Source: Squalus acanthias | Taxonomy: Eukaryota | Assembly: GCA_030390025.1 (NCBI GenBank) | Contig: CM059433.1 | Span: forward strand, 124,001-188,000 | Direction: 5' to 3' | Length of the DNA: 64,000 bases | Part shown: one piece after another, positions 48,448 to 57,916 of the stretch | Position numbering within the stretch: position 1 is the first letter of the stretch | Layout: each line of letters opens with the position of its first letter | Notes under the pieces: generated by a model | What the model was told of the DNA's origin: nothing | The model's input: only the letters and a program-made list of their open reading frames with translations | Databases searched by the model: none | Program-made: the position numbers and the translations under genes

Positions 48448-50256
48448 ATGGCGACCGCGGCAGGACACTGGCAGCGAGAGGGTAGTGTGTTAGACTTTGG
48501 AATGACTGTACGAAATGTTATGCAGGAAAAGATAGCAGACTATGTGTTTGGAAAGGTTAATCTAACTAAGAAATGGATAAGTGAATTGTTAGCGGATAAA
48601 AGCCCACTAGAGGCAGCCGAAAGGTGGACAGATAGTAAAGAACATAAAAAGACACTCGAGAAAGCAGTCTGGCTAATGTGTTACAAAAGGCAGGTCCAGA
48701 TTTCAAACCAGACCATTACAGCGCTAACAGCTCGAATCAGTCATTTAGAGGGAGAAATGGATGAGAAGGTTTCTGGAGGGGAAATGCTCATTAGGAATTT
48801 AAGTGCGTTGCACCAAGAACGCCAGGAAATCTCCAGTCACCATAAAACAAGGATAGATTACCTCGAGTGCCAGGTCACTGAGGCTAAGTTAAATGAGAGC
48901 AGGTTAAAGGAAAGGTGTGCCCGCCAAGCTGCCCAGATAAGAACTCAGGAAGAGAGCTTAACGGGGGTTAGGGCGGCATATAAGTTGGCCCTTGAGGATA
49001 AGTTTCAGGGAGCCGATCATAGCGCCTGCCAAAGGGAGATAGAGCACCTCAAAAAGGCCGTGAACAAAGCGCACGGCATGGTGTGCCTTATCAGTCCGTC
49101 AGCACACCAGCCGCTAGTAAGTGAGGAGTTTAAGAAATCCCCACCAAGTAAAGCAGAGGAAGTAGTAGCCACTGCGCCCTCCGCGCCACCCAGCTATTCG
49201 GAAACCTGGGTTAGGGAGGAAGCAATGGAAGAAACGAAAGAGCCCATTGAGAAAGAAGTGGAAAAGGGACCGTTGTATCCAGTAACGGGTATAAAAAGGG
49301 GGCCAAACAGAAACGGTGGGGAGGAACCAGGGGATCTCCTCGGACAGCTTGTGCTGCCTCACAGTTCACATCAGCTGAGAGTTATGATAAATCACGTACG
49401 GAAGCTAACCGAGGCAGACGACCCTTCCGTACATTTCAGAGAAGTTGAGCAAACCGCAGCCATTAACGGCTGCGATGATGGGGAAACAGCAAAAATGCTA
49501 TTGTTTTCGTTCGGCAGTACAATCCTTCAGTGTCTCTCGGGCGAGAGCAAGAGGGGAACCAAGACTTATGAGGCATTAAAGAATGAGGTCCTGGAAGTGT
49601 TGGGGGCGGACGATGAAGGTCCGTTTGCTAGAGTGGGACAGACAGTGCAGATGGAGGGAGAACCCCCGAAGGTTTTTGCCGACAGGCTGTGGCCAGTATA
49701 TCAGCGCAGCTGTCTAGGTGCGCCAGAGCGCGAAGATGTGGAAGGCGCCGGTTTAGCTCATTGGCTTAGGTGCATAATAGCCAACAGTTTACCAGCCGTC
49801 AGAGAGCAGGCAAAAGCATGGTTTGATCCCAATGACCCCAACATTACGGAAGAGTCGGTCTTGAACCGACTCACGTTAGGATATCGCAATATAAGGGGTA
49901 TGGCAACACGTCCCCTTAAGGGAAAAGTACATGAGGTACGACCCGCAGCCCCGTATCAAAGAGAGTGGCATCAGGAGGGTAATCGCGCCCCACAGGCAAG
50001 TAATGCTTGTTACGGGTGTGGGAAGACAGGGCACTGGCGCAAGCATTGCAGGAACCCTTGGAAGGATTCCAAGGATAAAAATCCCGCAGCCCGAGTCCAG
50101 GCGCCTGTCCCGGCTAGGGAAGCTGGTGCACCCACCCCTCCCGACGACCTCGAAGTAGTGTTAGGAGCCATGCGCAGTTTATTGAGTGCACATGGAAAGG
50201 TGGCGGTTGCAACCGGCCCCGTAGGTGCCGCAGGACCGTCTAATAGTACCCCATGA
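48448..50256 (+). CDS. gag: Provirus C Gag (602 aa)
   Basis: Coiled-coil region, PSAP/PPSY motif and a single CCHC zinc knuckle at ~50008-50049. Confidence 0.93.
   Translation: MATAAGHWQREGSVLDFGMTVRNVMQEKIADYVFGKVNLTKKWISELLADKSPLEAAERWTDSKEHKKTLEKAVWLMCYKRQVQISNQTITALTARISHLEGEMDEKVSGGEMLIRNLSALHQERQEISSHHKTRIDYLECQVTEAKLNESRLKERCARQAAQIRTQEESLTGVRAAYKLALEDKFQGADHSACQREIEHLKKAVNKAHGMVCLISPSAHQPLVSEEFKKSPPSKAEEVVATAPSAPPSYSETWVREEAMEETKEPIEKEVEKGPLYPVTGIKRGPNRNGGEEPGDLLGQLVLPHSSHQLRVMINHVRKLTEADDPSVHFREVEQTAAINGCDDGETAKMLLFSFGSTILQCLSGESKRGTKTYEALKNEVLEVLGADDEGPFARVGQTVQMEGEPPKVFADRLWPVYQRSCLGAPEREDVEGAGLAHWLRCIIANSLPAVREQAKAWFDPNDPNITEESVLNRLTLGYRNIRGMATRPLKGKVHEVRPAAPYQREWHQEGNRAPQASNACYGCGKTGHWRKHCRNPWKDSKDKNPAARVQAPVPAREAGAPTPPDDLEVVLGAMRSLLSAHGKVAVATGPVGAAGPSNSTP
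48449..48466 (+). promoter_or_regulatory. Primer binding site, tRNA-Arg(UCG)-like (provirus C)
   Basis: TGGCGACCGCGGCAGGAC is the reverse complement of GTCCTGCCGCGGTCG-CCA, recalled as the 3' end of a vertebrate tRNA-Arg-TCG. Confidence 0.8.
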
Positions 50257-53200
50257 CTAGAACCCGCGCAGCCCGTCTACCTGTGTCCGCTTAGCTATGA
50301 TGCGTGGAAGCGACCTTTAGTGGAGATGGAGGTAGAGAAACAGAGGGGTAGTTATTTGTTGGACACGGGAGCTTCTTGCTCCATGATCCATACAGATAGC
50401 CCTTTTGACTCGCCACTATCTACCAGGGTCCCATTCACGTTAGCGGGGTTCACAGGAAAAGAACAGGCTGGCGCATTCTCCCTTCCGCTATCCATTCGTT
50501 TGGGAGCACTTCACCTTAAGTGGAAGTGTATATTGATGGAATGGCAGGAGGGGGGTGGTAGAGGTATTCTCGGGTCCGATCTTCTATCAGGACACGGGAT
50601 CCTCGTGGACCTCAGAAATCACTGTCTCTGGGGGGCTAAGGGTGAAAAAGGCGAGGTAGTAGTGATTCCGGGGGAGGAAGAAACAGGGGTCCTGTGTACC
50701 GTGCAGCCATCCGGAGGCTACGACCTCAGGCTTATGGTCGCAGATGTCCCAACGGACATGCAAACGTACGTGTCAGATAATATGCACGCGTTTGCAACCC
50801 ACAAGCACGATTGTGGGAGGGTTACCGGGTTTGAGGTCAGCGTAGATGGGGACCCCATGACCCGGCCCCAAAAGCAGTATAACTTCCCCAAAGAAGCAGA
50901 ACCCGATATGGAGACAGCAATGTCCTCCTTGGTGCAGCAGGGCGTGTTGAGGCCAATAGCCACACACGTGAACTCCCCATTATGGCCGGTTAGGAAGCCG
51001 GATAATTCGTGGAGGGCCACGGTGGACTACAGAGTCCTTAACAGTAACATTCCCGCCTGCGCGCCCACGGTAGCAGCAGTTGCTGACCTAATAGGGAGTA
51101 TCCCAGCGTCCGCGACCACGTTCACGGTGCTGGATATCTCGAACGGTTTTTGGTCCATCCCGCTGCGGCGAGAGGACCAGTACAAGTTTGCCTTTACTTT
51201 CAAAGGGCAACAGTACACATGGAACTGTCTGCCACAGGGTTTCCACAATAGCCCCAGTATTTTCCATCAGTGTATGGCAGGAAGTTTAAGGGAGATTAGT
51301 CAGCCCAATCAGATAGTGCAGTATGTGGATGATTTGCTCCTATTTACGGACTCAAGGGAGGAGCATGGACCACTGCTGGACGAGTTATTGGAGCTGCTAG
51401 CGAGAAAGGGTTTTAAAATAAATCCTAAGAAAGCACGTATCGGTCAGCGGGAAGTAAAATTCCTGGGACTGACCATTCGCGCTGGGGAAAGAGCCATAGA
51501 CAAAGCTAGGAGGGAGTCGGTGCAAGAATTACCGATTCCCAACAACATAAGGGGTGTGAGGTCCTTCTTGGGACTGACCGGTTACTGCAGAGATTTTATC
51601 GAAGACTATGCGGCCACAGCAGCGCCGCTCCTCCGACTCCTCCATAAGGGAGTGGAGTGGTCTTGGGACGAGGGCTGCCAAGCAGCCTTCGAGAAGTTAA
51701 AAAGGGATCTGCAGACCGCGCCAGCCTTAGGGGCCATAGATGGGGGGAAGGAGTTTTTCCTGGAGGTAGCTGCCAGCGGAGACAGCTTGAGCGCTGTGCT
51801 GCTCCAAGAGCGTCACGGCAAGCTGAGGCCGGTTGTCTATTCATCCAGAGTATTAACGGATGTGGAGAGAAGTTTCTCCAATTGCGAAAGGCACCTTTTA
51901 GCCACGCATTGGGCTGTGAAAAGATCAGCGATCTTCACAGGGCTCTCTCCCATCACTCTCCTCACACATCACACACCAACTAAGATGCTTCTGGATGGGA
52001 GGATTAAAGATGGGACCGTAAGCAGCGCGCGTATTGCGCGTTGGACCCTTCTTCTCTCCCAGTTGGATCTTAGAGTAAAAGGTCTTTGCGAGCCCAGGCT
52101 TGCGGCCAATTTGGTATACCCCGGTACAGCCCACCGATGTTCGGTGGAAGGGGTGTGGGACATCAACATAGGTTTGCGGGCCGGGATACATCCCACTGGG
52201 CGCGAGATTTATGTTGATGGGTCTAGCACAGTATCTGCTGGCGAGCGACTCACAGGGTGTGGAGTTTATGACCCTGCGGCAGACCTTGCCCTGGCGATCA
52301 AGCTCCCTAGCACCATGAGCGCACAGCAGGCTGAGTTGTCTGCCGTGGTGTACGTTGTTACCCACCCAGACATTTTCCCAACCCCATACACGATTTGCTC
52401 GGACAGTATGTTCACCTGCAATTCGTGTACGGAATACCTGGCCATTTGGTCCCGCCGTGGATACACCTCCGCGGACGGGCGACCTTTAACGGTGAAGCCC
52501 TTGCTGGAAAAGATCTTAGCAGCAGCAGTAGGGGAGGAAGGAGAGATTTTCATCCATAAGGTGAAAGCTCACTCCTCCACAGAGCCCCGTGGGGAGGGCA
52601 ACCAGCAGGCGGATGCGCTAGCCAGGGAAGGTGCCCGCAACGGCATTTTCTGGGACCCCTATGGGACCAGACCCATAGCAGCGATCCAAGGCAGGGATGG
52701 GAATCCCGGGAACACCAGGGTACCATTGCCCCTAGACCTTAAGACCGTCCAAGCCCAGGATCCCGCCCTAAAAGCAGTCCTAAAAACCATTGCTGAGGGG
52801 AGGCAGGTAGAAGGTCCGTACAGTACGGCAACCCTCTCAGTTAAGGAAGGCATGCTGTTCCGCGAGGAGCAGTGGGTTGTGCCGCAGCAGCACAGGAGGG
52901 AATTCCTCCAGTTGGCTCACGAGGGACCAGGGGCAGGGCACCCCGGGCCCGAGGTTACCTGGCAACGGGTAGAGCAAGCGAGATGGTGGCCAGGGCTCAG
53001 GGAGCAAGTCCGCGAGTTCTGTGCAAACTGTCTTGTGTGCGCTGCAAACAACCCAGACCCCCAGAAAAGGAAAGTGCCCATGGGACACGTAAGAAGGGTA
53101 GAGGGACCATGGCAGTCGATACAGATCGACTATATAGGACCCCTGCCTACCACCCAGGGAGGCTATAAATACTGCCTCGTCTTGGTGGATGTGTTTTCCA

Positions 53201-54795
53201 AGTGGGTGGAAGCCTTCCCCTGTCGAACAGCTACGGCACTGGGTACAGCAAAAATCTTGGTCCGGGAAGTGTTCTCGCGGTGGGGACTTCCCCGTTTTGT
53301 GGAGTCAGACCAAGGGAGTCATTTCACCGGCCAGGTGATGCAGAACACCCTCATGCTTTTGGGCATTGAAGGGAAGTGGCACGTAGCACACAATCCCCAA
53401 TCATCCGGGATTGTTGAACGCATGAACCGGACCCTGAAGGAGAAATTGAGGAAAGAGACTAGGAACTCGCCCCAAAAATGGGCGGAAGTTCTGCCTTTAG
53501 TCCTCATGGGGGTCTGGGCCAGTCAGTCAAAAAGTACGGGGTACTCCCCGCACGAGGTGATGACTGGGAGGCTCATGCGAACCCCCACCCATGTGCTAGC
53601 GCCGGTGCTCACTGAGGGTCAGCTCCAAGAGATAAGCAGGGACAAGTTCGCCCAGACCCTCTTGGAGCGCCTGAAACAGGTTTATGAGCAGGCGGCTGGG
53701 AACATGGGAAGGCAGCATCAGGGCAATCGCCTGTTGCTGGAACCCCGCAAAACGCGGGAGTGGGAAGTAGGAGACCAGGTCATGGTCAGAAACTACGCCA
53801 GAGTAGGGAGTCTGGAACCACTGTATATGGGACCCTACAACATTGTAGATAAGGCGAGTCCCATGGTATACGCCGTAAAAGTACCTCGGCGCACTAAGTG
53901 CTTCCACGTAAACCAGTGCAAGCTGTACAAGCCAGGTGCGCAAGGGAAAACCACAGGGGTAAACCCCGCGAGTGCGGAAGCACAGCCCCAGGTAGGACCA
54001 CAAGGCACACAGGCAGGCAAAGCAGCTTGCATCAGGGGAGGAGACATCCTGGAAGATCATGAAGCATTTTTATGGGGATGGGAGTCAGATGAGGATGGTG
54101 ATGAAGGCGAGTGGTTTTTGGGGAACCTAAGGAACGTTCCCATTTTAGGTATAGGGAGGATACGGGCTGCAGAGAGAGATCCACACAGGGTGGACACACA
54201 AGCTGCAGGTCCCGAAGACAGGAGGGAGGAGCTAGGGGAGGCGGAGCCAGCCGCTGTGGGAACACCGGGAGTGACGGTGAGGACCCCAGAGACAGAGCCG
54301 CCCGCTTTGAACGTCCCGCCCTCGGGGGAGGCAGAGATCGCGAGTGAAGGGCCGCCTGCTGGGCCGAGCAGGGCGGAGCCACAAAATGCGAGCCCCGAGG
54401 TTAGGGAGGCGGAGTCAGCGGAGGCGGAGCCAGCGACTGTGGTGGAACCACAGGTCGTCCCGATGGAAGTCTCGGAACCCGGTCCGTCAGTCACGGAATC
54501 CCCGCCCCTGACAACTCCCCGTAGGTCAGGTAGAGAACCCCAGCCCAAGAAGATATGGGTATTGCCCCAGTCTGTCCCAAGGCGCAGACTCAAGGTTAAG
54601 GCAGCCCAGGTACAGCCCGGCCCCATCGCAGCAGCAACAGGCTGCGGCAGATCAGAGGAAGGGGTCAGTGCAGCAACAGGCTGCGGCAGATCACAGGGAG
54701 GGGCCAGCGCAGAAACAGGCTGCGGCAGATCAGAGGAAAAGGTCAGAGCCCTCCCAAAGTCGGTAAGAGCTCGCAGCAGCTTTCTCAGAATTTAA
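50257..54795 (+). CDS. pol: Provirus C Pol (PR-RT-tether-RNase H-IN plus ~290-aa tail), in frame with gag
   Basis: LLDTGA, LPQG, YVDD, degenerate RNase H-like tether, IYVDGS…AQQAEL…SDS…GNQQAD, HHCC, D,D,E and GPY motifs. Confidence 0.96.
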   Translation, partial: LEPAQPVYLCPLSYDAWKRPLVEMEVEKQRGSYLLDTGASCSMIHTDSPFDSPLSTRVPFTLAGFTGKEQAGAFSLPLSIRLGALHLKWKCILMEWQEGGGRGILGSDLLSGHGILVDLRNHCLWGAKGEKGEVVVIPGEEETGVLCTVQPSGGYDLRLMVADVPTDMQTYVSDNMHAFATHKHDCGRVTGFEVSVDGDPMTRPQKQYNFPKEAEPDMETAMSSLVQQGVLRPIATHVNSPLWPVRKPDNSWRATVDYRVLNSNIPACAPTVAAVADLIGSIPASATTFTVLDISNGFWSIPLRREDQYKFAFTFKGQQYTWNCLPQGFHNSPSIFHQCMAGSLREISQPNQIVQYVDDLLLFTDSREEHGPLLDELLELLARKGFKINPKKARIGQREVKFLGLTIRAGERAIDKARRESVQELPIPNNIRGVRSFLGLTGYCRDFIEDYAATAAPLLRLLHKGVEWSWDEGCQAAFEKLKRDLQTAPALGAIDGGKEFFLEVAASGDSLSAVLLQERHGKLRPVVYSSRVLTDVERSFSNCERHLLATHWAVKRSAIFTGLSPITLLTHHTPTKMLLDGRIKDGTVSSARIARWTLLLSQLDLRVKGLCEPRLAANLVYPGTAHRCSVEGVWDINIGLRAGIHPTGREIYVDGSSTVSAGERLTGCGVYDPAADLALAIKLPSTMSAQQAELSAVVYVVTHPDIFPTPYTICSDSMFTCNSCTEYLAIWSRRGYTSADGRPLTVKPLLEKILAAAVGEEGEIFIHKVKAHSSTEPRGEGNQQADALAREGARNGIFWDPYGTRPIAAIQGRDGNPGNTRVPLPLDLKTVQAQDPALKAVLKTIAEGRQVEGPYSTATLSVKEGMLFREEQWVVPQQHRREFLQLAHEGPGAGHPGPEVTWQRVEQARWWPGLREQVREFCANCLVCAANNPDPQKRKVPMGHVRRVEGPWQSIQIDYIGPLPTTQGGYKYCLVLVDVFSKWVEAFPCRTATALGTAKILVREVFSRWGLPRFVESDQGSHFTGQVMQNTLMLLGIEGKWHVAHNPQSSGIVERMNRTLKEKLRKETRNSPQKWAEVLPLVLMGVWASQSKSTGYSPHEVMTGRLMRTPTHVLAPVLTEGQLQEISRDKFAQTLLERLKQVYEQAAGNMGRQHQGNRLLLEPRKTREWEVGDQVMVRNYARVGSLEPLYMGPYNIVDKASPMVYAVKVPRRTKCFHVNQCKLYKPGAQGKTTGVNPASAEAQPQVGPQGTQAGKAACIRGGDILEDHEAFLWGWESDEDGDEGEWFLGNLRNVPILGIGRIRAAERDPHRVDTQAAGPEDRREELGEAEPAAVGTPGVTVRTPETEPPALNVPPSGEAEIASEGPPAGPSRAEPQNASPEVREAESAEAEPATVVEPQVVPMEVSEPGPSVTESPPLTTPRRSGREPQPKKIWVLPQSVPRRRLKVKAAQVQPGPIAAATGCGRSEEGVSAATGCGRSQGGASAETGCGRSEEKVRALPKSVRARSSFLRI

Positions 54796-55110
54796 AGGGG
54801 CCGCCCTGAGAACGGGCGGCGCTGTACAGTAATAAGTTTTAAGTTTTAAGTTCATTAGTTCAAGTTTAAGTTATAGTTGAAGGTTAAGAATAAGTTCATA
54901 GTTTTAAATAAGGTTAAGTTTGCAGTTTTAATTTTAACAGAAAATGGCAAAATGGTGGGAGCTTTAGAGATAGGTTTAGTTAAAGTTTATTCAGCGAACG
55001 TTGAAGTTTACGTGAGGCGAGGTCAGGGGACCCGCTCACCCTTCACAAAAGCCAGAGACTCTTGCGAGGCTGGCTACCTCATTCTATCTGATCACAGGAA
55101 CCAAAGAAGG

Positions 55111-57462
55111 ATGGAACGAATTCTAGTATTGCTCGCGGCAATCGGATGTGGATTGGCCTATCGAGGCCGCACCAAGGATGTCGTGGTGTTTGGATGCTCC
55201 GGGGACACGGCCCCCATCGCGGTGGATGGGACCGGAAGACGGGAGGCAGAGGAGACCACCACCTATTTCCACAAGGGAAGGTGGCCAGGATGGCTGGGAA
55301 CGAACTCGACTGAGTATTCTAGCACATCGGGGTTTGCCTACCAAGAGACTTCTTTAATGTGCCCCAAAGTAAGGATCATCGCACCCAGGATCAGCGTCAC
55401 CGTCGGCAAACGGATTTGTTTGACTTGTAGTGGGAATGTCCCATTGAGCCGATGGTGGTGGCTGCGAAAGCTGAGCAAAACTATGAGGAACTCTTCGGTC
55501 GAGTGGGAACGACTGGGTAATAATACCCATCGGACAATTACGGGGACAAACGGACAAGTGAAAGTCTGTTGGGACAAATGGTGGGAACCGGACGAGGGAA
55601 TTTATGTATGCATGTGGGGGTCAAAATACCCTTGCCCCAAAGGCATATCCATATTTTTCATTAATCAGTGGCAGGATAACGGACAGGGGATGAGGTGGGA
55701 TGCGAGCACCAGGGGGTGCGGAGCCCCATACTCTTCGATCCCGGTAAATGCCACTGAACTCATTACGCGCCCACGCAAAGCCCCGCCCACGATTCCGGTG
55801 GTTCTAGCTGAGGAGGAAGGGTGCCCTAAAACTAGTAAGGGACCCGGGAATGGTTTGGTACTGGTCCCCACAGACCAGATACTATTTCAGGGGGTACATT
55901 ACGCGGTGGCCTCGGTGATTTTAAATCTCACCGAGGTGCGGTTACCAGAGTGGTGCCCCAAAAAGACGGAACAGTTGTATCAGGTCCTGTTGACCAAGAT
56001 GTTCAGACAATTTTACGAATTCGATTTCGCAGAAATTGATAAAACAAGTTTGTACACCGCACCACAGGAAGTTTTGGATCAAGTAGGGAGGCAAAGAAGG
56101 GGTTTGGTGAACGATGCGTTCACTGCTTTTAACACGGGTACATCTGTGGTCAACGCTCTAGACAGTGTGGAGCTGCAGACCCAGATTAATGGTTTAAAGA
56201 CACAATTAAAAGACATTCTAACAGATGAGAATAAAGTGGTAGGGTCGGGTTTACACGAGGACCAAGCCATGACTCTCCATTTAAAGGAAATTATAGCAGA
56301 GTTGGAGAAACATGCAAAGACGGTAAATGCCCTGATTAGGGAAGATCGGAATGCATCCGATCAAGCTGCGCAGAACGAGGTGTGCGTGCTTTACGGGGCG
56401 TGGTTACTGGGCGAGGGCCGCAGTAATTTGGAGGATTTAAAACAAGGTTTGGTCCCGTCCTGGATAAGTAACAAACACCTGCGGGCGCTCCACCCTTTTC
56501 AGAACGCATTAAGTCCGTGCCAGCTCAGGCTAGCTTCAGAAGCATACCCAGTCCCCGTGGACTGCGGACGATCAAACCATACCATTATGGGTATAGTTTT
56601 ACGTATGCCGGTTTTGGGCGACACAGCAAAGCCCGCCCCGGTGTATCGGGTAGAGAACATTGGTGTCATTCAGGGGGGAGCCCACATTCGCTATGCAGCG
56701 GTTCCACCCTACGTCATCCGCTGGGAGCAAACGATGACAGGTACAGATCTCTCTGGTTGTCGTGGCAGGGGAGCACACATAATACTGTGTCCCCAGCACT
56801 TGAATGCCTTTTTAACACCACAGTGCGGGTTCAGAACGGCTGGCGCCAAGTCCATGAATTGCACCATGGAGGCAATGGCACAAGATCATGTGCCTCCGCA
56901 GGTAGCATACATCGGGGGTGGAACATATTGTGTTACCACTGCAGCGCAACACTACCAGCATGGAAACCGTAGCCGGTGTCCGGTGAGTGACAGCAGTTTC
57001 TGTTTCAAACCCAGGGCGGAAGTTCAAGTAGCACAACAGCGAATTATCCCAATCCCTGAACCATCCACTGTTCATCTCACAGTAAAAGAGAATTTCACCG
57101 ACTTGCAGCGATTCGTCGCGCATTTCGGATACCTCATTCCCCCTCTCCCTGAACACCTCACCAAGCTTTTAAAAGCAGTCGCGGTGTCACAGAAACACTT
57201 TTACACATTAGAGCAGAAAACTGTCGAAATAGGAACAGACATTCTGGATATAGTAATTCCACCGTGGTGGAATCTGTTCACCAACATTGAAGTGCCTTCA
57301 TGGATCAGAATAGCCTCCCACATTTTAGTCGTATGTCAAGTGTTTATTGTAGTGTACCTATTGGTCGTACATTGTAAAAGAGACAAACGCCTCACTAAGC
57401 ATGAAAACACGGGAGAGTGGCGAGAACGTTACGTGCGCGTGCACGATGAGAGCACCGTGTGA
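55111..57462 (+). CDS. env: Provirus C envelope glycoprotein (783 aa; ORF open from 54877)
   Basis: Signal peptide MERILVLLAAIGCGLA, with an acceptor-like TTCTATCTGATCACAG just upstream. RQRR at 56089-56100 and TM helix at ~57301-57375. Confidence 0.93.
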   Translation: MERILVLLAAIGCGLAYRGRTKDVVVFGCSGDTAPIAVDGTGRREAEETTTYFHKGRWPGWLGTNSTEYSSTSGFAYQETSLMCPKVRIIAPRISVTVGKRICLTCSGNVPLSRWWWLRKLSKTMRNSSVEWERLGNNTHRTITGTNGQVKVCWDKWWEPDEGIYVCMWGSKYPCPKGISIFFINQWQDNGQGMRWDASTRGCGAPYSSIPVNATELITRPRKAPPTIPVVLAEEEGCPKTSKGPGNGLVLVPTDQILFQGVHYAVASVILNLTEVRLPEWCPKKTEQLYQVLLTKMFRQFYEFDFAEIDKTSLYTAPQEVLDQVGRQRRGLVNDAFTAFNTGTSVVNALDSVELQTQINGLKTQLKDILTDENKVVGSGLHEDQAMTLHLKEIIAELEKHAKTVNALIREDRNASDQAAQNEVCVLYGAWLLGEGRSNLEDLKQGLVPSWISNKHLRALHPFQNALSPCQLRLASEAYPVPVDCGRSNHTIMGIVLRMPVLGDTAKPAPVYRVENIGVIQGGAHIRYAAVPPYVIRWEQTMTGTDLSGCRGRGAHIILCPQHLNAFLTPQCGFRTAGAKSMNCTMEAMAQDHVPPQVAYIGGGTYCVTTAAQHYQHGNRSRCPVSDSSFCFKPRAEVQVAQQRIIPIPEPSTVHLTVKENFTDLQRFVAHFGYLIPPLPEHLTKLLKAVAVSQKHFYTLEQKTVEIGTDILDIVIPPWWNLFTNIEVPSWIRIASHILVVCQVFIVVYLLVVHCKRDKRLTKHENTGEWRERYVRVHDESTV

Positions 57463-57904
57463 TCGGAAAATGACGTCACTCCCGCTTGCCACGTGCGCCG
57501 CGGAAGTTTGTACTCGATCATGATTTTCAAAGATTGTAAATACGTTGGGAACTCGACATGTTTTAAGAGTTGGTGTTGATTATTTTGGTGATGGTGCTAC
57601 AGTTAAAAATGATTGTTTTGGTTTTGGGTTTTGTTTTTCCTTTCCCTGAATAAAAGATGAATATACAGGTGATACGAGAGGCATCGGCCTGGTTACGCCG
57701 GGAAGGAAAACAAGTGGTGTAAGTCTCAGGGCAAATAATGCCTACGGTGTTATAAAATGTAATTTTCTTGGGAAATAAGGACGACACAGAGACCCTAATT
57801 AGGTTAAAGTTATGGGATTAATTTGCTGGATTCGGAGAGAGAAAATCGAGATAATATTGCTCACCACTACGATTTTTGATACGATAAGCGGAGTTATTCG
57901 CATC

Positions 57905-57916
57905 AACAGGAGGGAC
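57905..57916 (+). promoter_or_regulatory. Polypurine tract
   Basis: AACAGGAGGGAC directly before the 3' LTR, identical in A, B and C. Confidence 0.75.

Noticed and set aside
54877..55110. N-terminal extension of Env from upstream TTG/ATG starts (foamy-like leader peptide)
   Set aside because: The upstream start differs among the copies and is closed in A. A splice acceptor plus signal peptide at 55111 is the simpler model, although the open upstream frame is not excluded.
56517..56972. 151-aa overlapping ORF in env present in all three copies
   Set aside because: It starts at GTG and the copies are too similar for its persistence to show selection.
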